Positions 43,101 through 55,532 of a stretch of DNA of 64,000 nucleotides are shown here, piece after piece (within the stretch, counting starts at the first letter, position 1; the number at the start of each line of letters is the position of its first letter). Source of the DNA: Carcharhinus longimanus (lineage: Eukaryota); assembly GCA_030264375.1 (NCBI GenBank), contig JASCQW010000168.1, forward strand, positions 12,805,574-12,869,573, written 5' to 3'. The notes beneath the pieces were generated by a model, which had not been told where the DNA came from, searched no databases, and worked only from the letters and a program-made list of their open reading frames with translations. Made by a program: the position numbers and the translations under genes.

Positions 43101-43744
43101 TGAGGATTAAAGATGATGTCAGTGCTCTGTGCAACCCAGGCTCAAAATCAAAGGGATGTTATTAAGAGATTTTTTTTTGTAAATTCTGCTCCCATTATTC
43201 GTAATAAAAGTATTGGAGAAAGGGAAAAAGGGCTGTTTAATCAGTTAAAGCAGTTGACAGTAGAGGGGGGTCATGTGATGGAGGTTCCAGGAATAGTCAC
43301 AAAGCAAGTCATCAGTCTGTCCTTGTGTTTGGACAATATGTTCTTCTTTAAAGTTGGTACTCTGGAAATTTTGAGTGTGACATTTACTATTCAAGTTCAG
43401 TTGTGTGTCAGTGCCTTTCCGTTGCAAAAGTTAATCTTAAAATTTCCTTTCAAAGCAGTAAAGATAGGACTTCCAAGTATCAATGTGGTGAAGGCAATGG
43501 GGGAGAGAGAGAGAGAGATTGAAACCAGGAAATTCCCAAGTTCCATTGGTTTGTGTTGGGTGGGATGTTAAAATGATAAACTCTCAAAACACAAACACAA
43601 CCTGCCTCAAACCGGTCCACTTCTGATTTTAACTGAGATGGACAAAAGAAGAGGCAACCAACCTGCTCCCAGGAAGCAGTGGCTTATTTGATATTTCAAA
43701 AGGGTTGCATGCCTTATATTTTTTCCCAACATTAGTTTAACTCC

Positions 43745-43910
43745 AAAAGAGAAAATGGTGGAAAATCTCAGCAGGTCTGGCAGCATCTGTAAGGAGAGAA
43801 GAGAGCTGACGTTTTGAGTCCAGATGATCCTTTGTCAAAACTGGTGACAAAGGGTCATCTGGACTTGAAACGTCAGCTCTTTTCTCTCTTTACAGATGCT
43901 GCCAGACCTG
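43745..43910. mobile_element. Palindromic Penelope-related element, right arm runs into a gap
   Basis: caggtctggcagcatctgtaa...tttgtca / tgacaaa...ttacagatgctgccagacctg. Confidence 0.8.
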
Positions 43911-44010
43911 NNNNNNNNNNNNNNNNNNNNNNNNNNNNNNNNNNNNNNNNNNNNNNNNNNNNNNNNNNNNNNNNNNNNNNNNNNNNNNNNNNNNNNNNNN
44001 NNNNNNNNNN

Positions 44011-44207
44011 GCCAGCATCCCATTCGCCTTCCTGACCACCTGCTGCACCTGCAGGCTGGGTTTTTGCGACTCATGCACAAGGACCCCACGGTCCCTCTGC
44101 ACCGTCGCATGCTGCAGTTTTTCGCCACGTAAGTAATAGTCCTTCCTACCACTATTCCTACCAAAGTGGACCACCTCACATTTGCCAACATTAAATTCCA
44201 TTTGCCA
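44011..44207 (-). mobile_element. CR1 ORF2 fragment
   Basis: MEFNVGKCEVVHFGR...QRDRGVLVHESQK..LQVQQVVRKANGML. Confidence 0.9.
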
Positions 44208-44229
44208 GAAGAGAGGACGCCTGTGTTCC

Positions 44230-44476
44230 AGAATGTATCTGGTGGCACTTGAATCTGGTTAAAATCTACAAATCGTTTTTTTTTTCCTTGCTTAATGTTC
44301 AAAACTGATTCCCTTATTGGGAGAACCTTTCAATGGATTTCCAGTCTACGTAAAAAGTTTGCCTTACAAAAATGGGTTTAAAATCTGCAGCTCTGCAGTT
44401 CCAGATTTAAAGTTATGTAATCCTGGACAAGATAATGCTCTGCCACTTATACTCAGCCAGTTGTGATGTTCTAAAC
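44230..44476 (+). repeat. Diverged ~250-bp direct repeat, copy 1
   Basis: Shares gattcccttattgggagaa, acaaaaatgggtttaaaatctgcagctctgca and cctggacaagataatg with 46619-46873. Confidence 0.9.
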
Positions 44477-44489
44477 AAACAAAAATGCC

Positions 44490-45420
44490 TCAGCCTCTGG
44501 TGCTGATTAATTCCTCTCAGGCTCTGTCACGCCCTTACTCAGGCTGTTCCCAGTATCAACCGTCTCCCGCCACAACTGGTCCACCTCACTCTGCATGCCT
44601 TGCAGCTCACACATGCCTTGCTTAGTGCACTCAGGAACTTGAGCCATCTCTGCTGCTTTTTCTAGTGAAATCTTGGTTTCAGCCAGCAGTTTCTTTTGGA
44701 TGTTGAGGTTGTTGATCTCATAAACCAAACAATCCCTCAACACGTCTCCCAACAAAGGCCCAAACTTGTAGTGCTCAGCCAGCCATTGAAGCCAGAGACT
44801 GTCTCTCCTGGCTCCTGAACAGCAAAGTGGAATTTGTACCTTTACATAATAACGGAAGGTCTGGGGGTTATGGTGATCCTTTAAGTTTACTAACTGGTCA
44901 AAGACTTGTGTGCCTGAAGTTCAGGTGGCATCAAACTCCTCACCAGATTGTGAGTCTGTGGACTGCAGGCTATGAGCGGCATCACCTTCTGCTTCTCCTC
45001 AGCTGTTACTTCATTGGCCACAAAATCTCTCAACGTACTGCACCCCCTCCAAATCTCCACTTGTGGATCGAATGGCTCTATTATCCCAAATAGCAGCATC
45101 TTTAAAATGGAGTCTGTACCTTTGAACTTTGAGTGATCATTCTCCTCCCCCTCTATCTCTGCACTTTGGGCTTTCAACAACTGATCCAGTTTGTTCTCAT
45201 TGGTAAGTAGCAAACTAAAAGATTTATTGACTTGAGAAGAACCATGTACAATTAAGGATTTAATAGTGCAACTATACAGATCTACTCCCAACAAAGCCCT
45301 CACTCCAACTAAAACCTTTCAGCTCCAGGAATGCATGCCGAGTCCTGATCGACCCAGGTTGACACACTCCATTGGTTCCGGCCTGATCATTAAAATTGGG
45401 GATCCTCAAGAGGCCGGAAT
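44490..45420 (-). mobile_element. Ty3/Gypsy LTR retrotransposon remnant (LTR and gag)
   Basis: MLLFGIIEPFDP..W...FVANEV...NLVRSL and LRDCLVYEINNLNIQKKLLAETKISLEKA are Gypsy gag-like; LTR-like sequence with aataaa at ~45205-45420. Confidence 0.8.
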
Positions 45421-45679
45421 TAGATGAGCATAAGAATCTCGAAGCATAGAGGAATGGGGAAAAAGTTAGTGCTGTAGTTTTAGATTGTGGTGAGGGCCAA
45501 ACATGATGACATTGGTCTTTGACTATTAATCAGAAGAAATTGCTACTCTTGCAGGACAGGATATGCAGGACAAGTCACCTGATGACGTAGAGAGAGTGGT
45601 AGAGACAGGAGTGGTACTGGTAAGGATAATCTGGGCTTCCATTTGGCCTCTGATCTTTTGTTATATAATGTTGTCTTTT

Positions 45680-45826
45680 AAAAAGCATTTAGAGTTACAT
45701 GGGTAAAATGGGTATAGAGGGAAATGGGTCAAATGCGGACATTTGGGACTAGCTTAGTGGTAAAAATTGGGCGGCATGGACACGTTCAGCTGAAGGGCCT
45801 GTTTCCGTGCTGTACACCTCTACGAC
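45680..45826 (+). mobile_element. CR1/HER1-type LINE 3' end
   Basis: gaagggcctgtttccgtgctgta terminus. Confidence 0.8.
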
Positions 45827-46618
45827 AATGGCTGTGCTGTGAAAATGTGATGGAAGTGTTTTTCCAACAATGCGGTTTGGGTTAGATGTAGCTCCTAGCC
45901 CAAGAAACTTAGTTGTGAGCTATTCCACAGATAGCCGTTTCCTGTGGAGTGTCCCTGCCAATCCTTAACCACAACCTTCTGTCTTCTTGGCCTTTCAGAT
46001 CTCTCCCAACCAGCACAGGTCTTTCTAGTTCCTGCCTGCTCCGCATTCCTCGGCTGTGGTCTCCGATCTCCCTCCTGGCCTCTCCAGTCTCTCAGTCAGA
46101 CCGGTAGCAACTAGGAAACGGGGACAACAAATGCTCATCTTCCGTTTAGTTTGTCAGAATTGCAGGAAACTCGTGTTTCGGGTTCCCAAATGCAAAACTG
46201 CACCTCTGCACTCAGAAACATCAGCGTTATAGTTTGTGAGGGAGTCAGTGATTTCAATGAAGGCTGCAGGAAGGTAAGTTAGAAATAACTTCAGCATTTT
46301 TGATTGCTGTCCAGTTGGGCTTACTGGAAACAAACACCAGATGAGAGGAGGATTAAGAAGAAATGTTGCAGGTCTCAGCTGGTGTTATAGTGGATGTTTG
46401 AACACACCAGAAGTATATTATGACATGGTGAGATTTTTAATCAAAGTTTACAAATCTAGCTCTTGTCAGTGTGGGAAGAGGAAATGGTTGCTTCATAAAC
46501 AAACACGATTGTTAAAATTCCCCCTCAATGTCTACATAACATGGGGCTCCATGTGTCATCTAGGCTTTATACATCAAACACCAAGGCATAAGGATTTCAA
46601 TCTTGGGACTTTGATGAA

Positions 46619-46873
46619 CAGAATGTTACTGGTACCACTCAAATCTGATTAGAATCTACAAAATGCTTTTCTCTGCCCAATGCTCGAAACGGATTCCCTT
46701 ATTGGGAGAATTCTTTAGTGGATTTCGAGACCAAGTAAATGTTTGCCTCACAAAAATGGGTTTAAAATCTGCAGCTCTGCAATTCCAGATTTGAAGTTAT
46801 GTAAACCTGGACAAGATAATGTCTTGCAAATCAGCTCTGCAGCTTATGTTCAGCTGGTTGTGATATTCCAAAC
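46619..46873 (+). repeat. Diverged ~250-bp direct repeat, copy 2
   Basis: Direct alignment to 44230-44476. Confidence 0.9.
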
Positions 46874-47249
46874 GTTAACAACCCACAAAGGCTCTGCTGT
46901 GTAAATGGTCTGCAAACCAAGCATTTTAAAGCAGCTCAGAGTTAGTGTTAAGTACATTTTAAATATTTCATTTGTAACTCAGGGAAATGAGGTATGGAAA
47001 GAGTTTTTGGAGCAGCAGAGGGCTGAAATTACTAAAATAAACCATCAGATCGTCATTAAGCCTTCACTAATACTCTCTGCCATGGATTCCTTAACATGAG
47101 ATCTTTGTTATTTCAACTTCTAATCATTTAAACAGTCTAGCTTCTCTCCTAGCGCAGACTGGTGCATGTTATCCTTTTGGCCAGCAGGCAGGATAAGGCC
47201 TGGTGCTGAACACCACTGACAATCAAAAGAAATGGCAAGTAACGCTTAC

Positions 47250-47297
47250 CCGAGGGAGTTCCGCCCTGATCTTGCTTGTCATGGTTCGCATGCTGTA
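47250..47297 (-). other. Candidate 48-nt alternative cassette exon of the BK channel gene
   Basis: cacttttgctttcactctgcAG | 48 nt | GTAAGC; no stop codon in the phase-1 frame of this intron. No expression evidence. Confidence 0.35.
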
Positions 47298-47469
47298 CTG
47301 CAGAGTGAAAGCAAAAGTGCTCAAGGCACGTCTTTTCTTATTTGTTTCTCTTCTTGAATCATCTCTATTCCTTTTGGCTCTGGAAGTTGAACTCTACTGT
47401 CATTAAATCTCTCCTATTGGGCCTTCCTATTGTTCTTGTCCCACCCAATCCTTGCTCAAAACCAACTTT

Positions 47470-47575
47470 TCCCAGTTCTGATGAAAAGTTACAAACCTGA
47501 AAAGTTAACTCAGTTTCTCTCTCCACAGGTGCTGCCTGACCTGTTGAGTATTTCCAGCAATTTTTGCTTGTATTT
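47470..47575 (+). repeat. Half copy of the palindromic element with a CTGATGA...GAAA core
   Basis: ttCTGATGAaaagttacaaacctGAAAagttaac...tctctctccacaggtgctgcc. Confidence 0.7.
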
Positions 47576-47744
47576 ATAATATGAAATTTCCTTCAAGTAC
47601 CTTGATTAGTTCAATTTTTCTCATTAAACGTCACATGCACATTGTGCATGACTGGCACTGGTAAAGTTTAGATACGGAACTATGGAATTCAGAATTTTAA
47701 TGTACTGTTCACTAACTTAAACAAGTACAGCAATGTGGTTGTGT

Positions 47745-49500
47745 CATAAATGCCTTCCAAAATAGCCTAGCAAGCCATTCAGCTGTATCAAACCACTACG
47801 GAATGAAACCAGGCAGATCGTCTGGCATCAACCAAGATACTGGAAATGGCAACGGCTTATCCAGGTCTGTTGACCATATATAGTTCTCCTTACTAACATC
47901 CAGGGGCTTGTGTCAAAATTGGGAGAGCTGTCCCACAGGCTAGTCAAGCACTAGCCTGACATAGTTATACGCACCAAATGATGCCTTACAGATAATGTCC
48001 CAGAACCACCATAACCACCCCTGGCTATGTCATGTCTCACCAGCAGAACAGGCCCAGCAGCGATGGCAGCACAGTGGTACACAGTCGGCTTGGGACCCTT
48101 CATCAATGACTTCATCTCCACAAGGAGTCTCCCAAGCAAAGTACATTCTGTGCCCTTGCCACTTTCAGTGCTTCTTCCAAGTGGTGTTCAAATAGAGGAA
48201 TATTAATGCATCAGCTGGGGTGGGGAGGGTGGTAAGTGGTAATCAGGAGATTTCCTTAAAGGAAGTTCCATCTTCACATTGAGGACACCCTCCACTGTAA
48301 TGCATGGCACAAACACTGTGCTAAATAGGACAGATGCCAAACAGATCTAGCAACTCAAAACTGGGCATCGAAGAGGTGCTGCAGGCCATCAGCAGTAACA
48401 GAATTGTACTCAACCACAACGTGTAGCCTCATGTTCAGCAAATACCCAATTCTACCATTATCAGCAAGTTAGGGGATCAACCTTGGTTCAATGAAAAGTG
48501 CAGGAGGGCATGCAGCACCAGGCTTACCTAAAAGTGAGGTGCTAACCTGGTGAAGCTACAACACAGGCTACTTGCACACAAAACAGTAGACACAGCATGG
48601 ATTACTCAGAGCAAAGCAATTCCACAACCAACAGATCAGATCGAAGCTCTGCAGTCCTGCCACATTCAGCTCTGAATGGTGGTGGAAAATTAAAAAACTC
48701 ATTGAAAAAGGAGGCTCCCAGAGTATCCACATTCTCAGTGATTAATAAATATCTGGAATCAAGGGTATACTGATGACCATGAAACCATTGTCAATTGCCA
48801 GAAAAATCCATTTGGTTCACTCACATCCTTTAGGGAAGGAAATCTGCTGTCCTATCTGGTCTGGCCTACATGTAACTCCAGAACCACAGCAATGTGACTG
48901 ACTCTCAATTGCCCTCCAAGAACAACTAGGGATGGGCAATAAGTGCTGGCCAGCCAGGATGCCCATGTCCCATGAATTAGTTTAAGTAATAGAATTGCCC
49001 AGCACAAGAGCAAAAGACAAGACTGGAGTATCTGCAGCCATTAGCCAGAATTGTCACGAAGATAATCTATTATGGCCACCTCCTGAGGTTTCAAACATCA
49101 CAGGTATCAGTCTTCAGCTAATTCAATTCACTCCTTCACATCATTTACAACATGCACTGTGACAACTCAGCAAGGCAAATTTCAAATCTTGACCTCTACC
49201 ACCTAGCAGGATAAGGACAGCAGACACCACCACTTAGAAATTCCCCTCTAAGCCACCCATCATATTGACTTGGAACTACAGCATTGTTCCTTTATTATAA
49301 CTAGGTTGGAGGCCTGGAACTCCCTCTGTAACAGCATGGTGGGTGTACCTACACCGCATGGACTGAAGCTGTTGAAGAACACAGTAAGAAGTCTCACACA
49401 CATCATGGCTGTTGAAGAAGGCAGCTCACCACCAGCTTCTAGAGGGCAATTGGGAATGGACAATAAATGTTGGTCTGAACAGCTACACTCATAAATGATT
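47745..49500 (+). mobile_element. Internally deleted LINE (CR1/L2 group)
   Basis: Endonuclease start LTNIQGLVSKLGELSHRLVKH*PDIVI at ~47889; QPWFNEKCRRA at ~48478; WNSL and 3' tail at 49315-49500. Confidence 0.75.
48745..48985 (+). mobile_element. 5'-truncated SINE (family of 12578-12940) nested in the LINE
   Basis: ggttcactcacatcctttagggaaggaaatctgc...ggcctacatgtaactccaga is the reverse complement of the 12.6-12.8 kb copy. Confidence 0.85.
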
Positions 49501-49802
49501 ACATTTAACAAAAAAGACACAATAGCTACCCATTATCATGAAAAATAGAAATATAAAATATGGTTTAATGAAGAAGTGAAGGGCCATGAGATTCACCTGG
49601 ACTCAGTGACTGGTTTCTGGGCACCAATGTTATTGGCCCAGGAGCATTTTCTCTGATTGTCCTAGTCAGGTTGGTTTTGAAATAGATGGTACAGATTTTG
49701 GAATGGTAACTGGACAAACAAAGCCAATTCACACACTGACTCCAGTATTCCAGCCCAACATTAAAGTCTGTGGGCTCACAGCTTTGTTGAAGGGGTGGTG
49801 GT

Positions 49803-50366
49803 GTGATTGCGGGTTGGGATCCTGTAGTATTGGAGGCCATTCACAAGAGGGGAGCAAAAAGACAAGTGGTGGTTGTAGGGGATTCTGTAATTAGGGGGAT
49901 TGATAGTATCCTTTGTAAGCTGGATCGTGAATCCCACATGGTACATTGCCTGCCCAATGCCAGGATGAGGGATGTCTCTGACCGGCTGGAAAGGATATTA
50001 GAATGGGAGGGGGAGGATCCAGTTGTTGTGGCCCACAATGGGACAAACAACGTAGGCAAGACTAGGAAAGAGGACCTGTTTGGGGATTATCAGCCACTAG
50101 GAGCTAAATTAAAGAACAGGTCCTTAAGAGTTATAATCTCTGGATTGCTATCCAAGCCATGTGTGAATCAGCATAGGGTTGAGAAAATTAGGGAAGTAAA
50201 CATGTGGCTAAAGGAGTGGTGTGGGAAAAAGGGGATTCATTTCATGGGACATTGGCATCAGTATTGGAATAAGAGAGATCTGTACCACTGGGATGGTCTT
50301 CACCTGAATCGATCTGGGACCAATGTTCTAGCAGAAAGGATAAATAGGTTGGTCACAAGGGCTTGA
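49803..50366 (+). pseudogene. CR1 ORF1 SGNH/GDSL esterase domain, still an open frame
   Basis: VVVVGDSVIRG...GTNNVG...WDGLHLNRSG; catalytic S, D and H residues retained. Confidence 0.9.
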
Positions 50367-51533
50367 AACAAGCGAGTAAGGGGGAAGAGAAGGGTAGAAT
50401 TACAGGAAGTTTAATGGTTAATGGGAAGCAAAGCGGCTGGTTAGTATGTGGGGAGAAGGTTTAAACTACATGGAAAATTATGAAAAAAGTTAAAAGGAAG
50501 GAGAACTCAGGAGTTGTTGTTAATGAAGTGTTAGGATTTAAAATGAAGGCATAAAAACCAGCAAAAGGGGGCTTTACCTAAATGCTCACAGCATTCGAAA
50601 CAAGGTTGGTAGCACATAAGTATGATTTAGTGGCCATTAGAGAGGCATGGTTGCAGGGTGGTTACAACTGGGAGTTAAATATCCAGGAGTATCAGACTAT
50701 TTGGAAAGACAGACAGGAAGGTAAGGGAGGTGGTGGTGCTGTTCTGATATTTAAGGATGACATCAGGGCAGTAATGAGAGATTATATAGGTTCTATAAAA
50801 AAAAATGAATTCATTTGGGTGGAAATTGGAAATAGTAAGGAGAAAAAGTCAGTGATAGACATAGTCCATAGACTGTCATAGTCTATAGACTGTTACAAGG
50901 GTGAGCAATAAACAAAGAAATAACTGATGTAAAAATGGTACGGTAATTATCATGGGGGATTTTAATCTACATGTCAATTGGTCAAACCAGGTGGATCAAG
51001 ACAACGCGAGGAGGAATTCATAGAACGTATCTGTGATAGCTTCCTTGAACAGTATGTAATGGAACCTACGAGGGAGCAAACTATCCTAGATCTGGTCCTC
51101 TGTAACGAGGCAGGAATAATGATCTCACAGTTAGGGCTCCTCTCGGAAGGAGCGATCACAGTATGGTTGAATTTAAAATACAGCTGAAGGGTGAGAAGGT
51201 AAAATCCAACACCAGTGTCTTGTGCTTAAACAAAGGAGACTACAATGGGATGAGGGAGGGATTGGCTAAGGTAGACAGGGAGCAAAGAGTTTATGGTGGG
51301 ACGACTGAGGAACAATGGAGGACTTTCAAAGTGAATTTTCGCAGTGCTCAGCAAAAATATATACCAGTGATAGGGAAGGACTGTAGAAAAAGAGATAATC
51401 CACCCTAGATATCTAAGGAAATAAAGGAGGGTATCAAATTGAAAGTAAATGCATACAAAGTGGCAAGGATTAGGTGGAAACTAGAAGATTGGGAAATCTT
51501 TAAAGGTCAATGGAAAGCCATGAAAAAAAGCTA

Positions 51534-52032
51534 CAGCCCAACCCCGTTAGAATGCGATGGTTGGGGTCCATAAAATGTTATTGCGAAAAAAAACGGGGTC
51601 GCGCTAAATTGGGGTGGCTTTGGTCACATTATGGATGATCCCAGTGTCCGTCAGAGCTCTGTTTGTTTATACAATCGCTACACGCTTCAATAACTTCTAA
51701 CAACCTTTTGAGTGGCAGGTCCAGGCTAGTTTAAAACAGGCAGTAGGGATGTTTATTTACACAAACACTTTCATAGTCCATTAACTGTGAAGTACTTCCT
51801 CTTTTGAGCAACTGTCTAATGTTTTTTTTGAAGTGAGAACCCCTTTTATCTGAACCGGGCAAGGGGGGAAGCAAGTGTTTTCTGTCCACAATTTTTTTCT
51901 AAGACAGATTATTTTCACTTCAGAAATAGATTGCAGTAACCAAAAATTTTTCAGTTCCCTGGAAAGAGCAAAAAAAGGGTCCAATGATTCATTATGTTAT
52001 ATCTGAATTCACGTTAAATTGGGGTTTCACTG
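51534..52032. mobile_element. Non-autonomous Tc1/mariner-pogo (Tigger-like) DNA element nested in CR1
   Basis: TA on both sides; imperfect TIRs cagcccaaccccgttagaatgcg / cacgttaaattggggtttcactg; removal restores KKAIKKSKIDY. Confidence 0.85.
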
Positions 52033-52699
52033 TATAAAGAAAAGTAAGATAGATTATGACAGTAAACTAGCTCAGAATATAAAAACAGATAGCAAAAGTT
52101 TCTACAAATGTAGAAAATGAAAAAGAATGGCTAATGTAACCATTGGTCCTATAGAATTTAATAACAGGAAATGAGGAAATAACTGAGGCTTGGAACAGGT
52201 ATTTTGTGTTGGTCTTCACAGTGGAAGGCACAAATAACATGCAAAAATTGATGACAAGAAGCAGGTGAGGTACTAGAAATGATCACTAAAGTAGTAATGT
52301 TGGGCAAGTTTTTGGAGCTGGAGGTGGACAAGTCTCCTGGCCCTGACAGAATGCATCCCAGGGTACTAAGAGATGGTGGGGGAAAAAGCAAATGCATTTG
52401 TGCTAATTTATCAATATTCACTGGATTCTGGGGCTGTTCCGGCTGATTGGAAGACAGCAATGTGACACCACTGTTTAAAAAAGGAGGTAGACAAAAGGCA
52501 GGTGACTATAGACTAGTTAGCTTTACTTCTGTAGTGAGGAAAATGCTTGAATCTATCATCAAGAAAATAATAGGCATTTGAATAGAAATTGTCTCACTGG
52601 GAAGACGCAGCATGTGTTCATGAAAGGCAGGTCATATTTAACTAATTTACTGGAATTCTTTGAGGACATTATGTGTGCAGTGGACGATGGGGAATAACC

Positions 52700-52824
52700 G
52701 GGCACATTTAGCCACAACCTCTGAAAAGCATTTATTGGCGCAGAAAAACTTTTCCTTTTTTGTTCTTCACAGCAACCATCCTTGCAGATCCTCTACATAT
52801 GAATGACAATTAGTAGGGATGATG
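52700..52824 (+). repeat. ~125-bp insertion in the CR1 RT, a copy of 56569-56687
   Basis: Identical block tttagccacaacctctgaaaagcatttattggcgcagaaaaactttt at both sites. Confidence 0.92.
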
Positions 52825-54582
52825 GTGTATGTGGATTTTCAGAGGTACTTGACAAAGTGTCGCACAAAAGGCTTCTTTATAAGGAAAGGCGCACATCATT
52901 ATGGATTATGCATTAGCATGGATAGAGGATTGGTTAACTAACAGGAAGGAAAGAGTGGGGGTAAATGAGTGCTTTTCTGGTTGGCAATCAGTGTCTAGTG
53001 GTGTGCCTCAGGGTTCAGTGTTGGACCTCAATTGTTAAGATTTACATAGACGGTTTGGAATTGGGGACCAAAGTTCGCAGATGAATGGTAGAGCAAAATT
53101 TGCAGAGGACAATGAAAATCTGCAACGGGATACAGAAAGTTTAAAGTGAGTGGGCGAGGGTCTGGAAGATGGAGTACAATGTTGATAAATGTGACGAATA
53201 ACATTTTGGTAGGAATAACGACAAAATGGACTACTACTTAAATGGAAAGAAATTGCAACATACCGCTATGCAGAGGGACCTGGGTGCCCTTGGGCATGAA
53301 TTGCAAAAAGTTAATGTGCAGGTGCGGCAAATAATTAAGGGGGCAAATGGAAATTTGTCCTTCATTGCTGGAGGAATGGAGTTTAAAAATAGGGAGGTTA
53401 TATTGCAGTTTTGTCAGGGATTGTCAGTTTTGCTCTCCTTACTTGAGAAAGGGTGTACTAGCACTGGAGGGAGTGCGGAGGAGATTCACCAAGTTGATTC
53501 TGGAGTTGAGAGTGTTGGCTTACGAGGAGAGACTGAGTAGACTGGGACTATAACATTGGAATTAAGAAGAATGAGGGGGGATCTTATAGAAACATATAAA
53601 ATTATGAAGGGAATAGATAAGATAGAAGCCAGGAGGTTGTTTCCACTGGCAGGTGAAACTAGAACTAGGTTGAATGGCCTCAAAATAAAGGGAAAGAGAT
53701 TTAGGACTGAGTTGAGGAGGAACTTCTTCACACAAAGGGTTGTGAATCTGTGGAACTCCCTGCTCAGTGAAGTGGTTGAGGCTACCTTGCTGGATGTTTT
53801 TAAGGTCAAGATAGATAGATTTTTGAACAGTAAGGGAATTAAGGGTTTGGGTGAGCAGGTGGGTAAGTGGAGCTGAGTCCATGAAAAGATCAGCCATGAT
53901 CTTATTGAATGGTGGAGCAGGCTCGAGGGGCCAGATGGCCGACTCCTGCTCTGAGTTCTTATGTTCCTATGACTGCTCTTTAAAAAGAACCAGTACAGCC
54001 CAATGAGTGGAATGAGTTGCCTTTATACTGTAACATTCAATGATTCTATGGTGATTGAAGGATAGATGTTGTCTGGGACAGTGGGGTGTTTGTCCTTTCC
54101 TTCTTTGCAATAATGCCGCAGATTCATTTAAATCCACCTGATAAAACGGAAGAGACACAAGGCTGACAGCTTTTCCAGATTTTTGTCACCAAACATTGAT
54201 TTGAATGGTAATTTTCAGCTCAATCATTGACACTAATTCACCGGTAAGTGAAAGCAGGAAGTTGCTATACTCATGGAACAACTAGAATTATGTCAATTTA
54301 TCTTCTGCGATTTTGTGCAACAATTGGCAGAATTTTTCAGTTGTTTCATTTTTATTCACTGAGGAAGGTTAAAGTAATTATCACAGCAGCTCTGACATTT
54401 ATAACAGACTCCAATAAGATGGAAGGAATCAATGTTTTAAATCTTTGTTGTCACTTTACTTTAAAAATTTAAACTCAATATCTTGCTTTTTCAAGTTAAT
54501 TTACATATTCCTCCACTTAAATCAATCATTGCAAAGACAAATATTCTCAGCCACAACCCATCTACAGAACATCACCCCTTTG

Positions 54583-54887
54583 ATATAGAATCCCTACAGT
54601 GCAGAAGGAGACCATTTGGCCTACAATCCCACCCAGGCCCTATCCTCTTCACCCCATCTACTCACCCTGCTAGTCCCTTTGACACTAAGGGGCAATTTAG
54701 CATGGCCAATCAAACTGACCTGCGCAGCTTTGGCATGTGGGAGGAAACCGGAGCACCCAGAGGAAACCCACACAGACATGAGGAGAGTGTGCAAACTCCA
54801 CACAGACAGCGACCCAAGGTCAGAATTGAACCCGAGCCCCTGGCGCTGTGAGGCAGCAGCGTTAACCATTGTGCCACCATGCCACCC
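54583..54887 (-). mobile_element. HE1-type V-SINE
   Basis: Reverse complement of the 29206-type element including A/B boxes and tail. Confidence 0.92.
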
Positions 54888-55454
54888 GTTATGTCTCTCT
54901 GAAGGAAAATCTCTCCCTATCTAACATCTCTCCTAGTTCTTGCAAACTAATCTGTTGGACTCTTGTCCAGGAAATTTTCTTTCTGAGCCTCAGGAGTTCA
55001 TGGAGACACATTTTCACCTTGTTCTGACTATCACCTCGTTGCTGTTGAATCATTTTCCAATAAGCAAAGTGAGGTTTCATTTTTTGAGGTGGGTGCCCAC
55101 ACCTCACCCAAACATTGCTTTCAAGGTTCTCTCTTTTCGATCAGGAACTAATTCTGTTGTGTCAGATGTGAACATTCACATCAAACTGAACTTCCTTCTT
55201 CAGAGTACTCTGCTCCTATTTGATGACCTAGGCTTGATTTTGTGGTAAAATATTTCCCCTTGAAGAATGAAGAACTTACAGGGAAAGCAATCAAATATGG
55301 ANNNNNNNNNNTGGAACAGATTATACACAAAGTCCCGTAAATTGTGAGCCGTTCCGCCACAGAGGATTCTAACTAGTCATTTGGTCATTCCATTCTACAT
55401 TGTTTGTTCTGATAAGTCCTGAATCCTTTAACTCCCAGAACATTCATTACTGTC

Positions 55455-55532
55455 TATGCTGGAAATCTGAAATAAAAACAGAAAATGCTGGAAAAGCTCA
55501 GCAGGTCTGGCAGCGTCTGTGGAGAGAGAAAC
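55455..55532. repeat. Half copy of the palindromic element
   Basis: aaaacagaaaatgctggaaaagctcagcaggtctggcagcgtctgtggagagagaa. Confidence 0.8.

Larger units (their letters stand above)
49790..53972 (+). mobile_element. Near-full-length CR1 LINE: SGNH-esterase ORF1 and disrupted endonuclease-RT ORF2
   Basis: ORF1 GDS, GTNN, DGLHLN; ORF2 YDLVAIREAWL, MGDFN, ILDLVL, SGVPQGSVLGP, KFAD, WNSL; tail tcttatgttcctatg. Confidence 0.96.
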
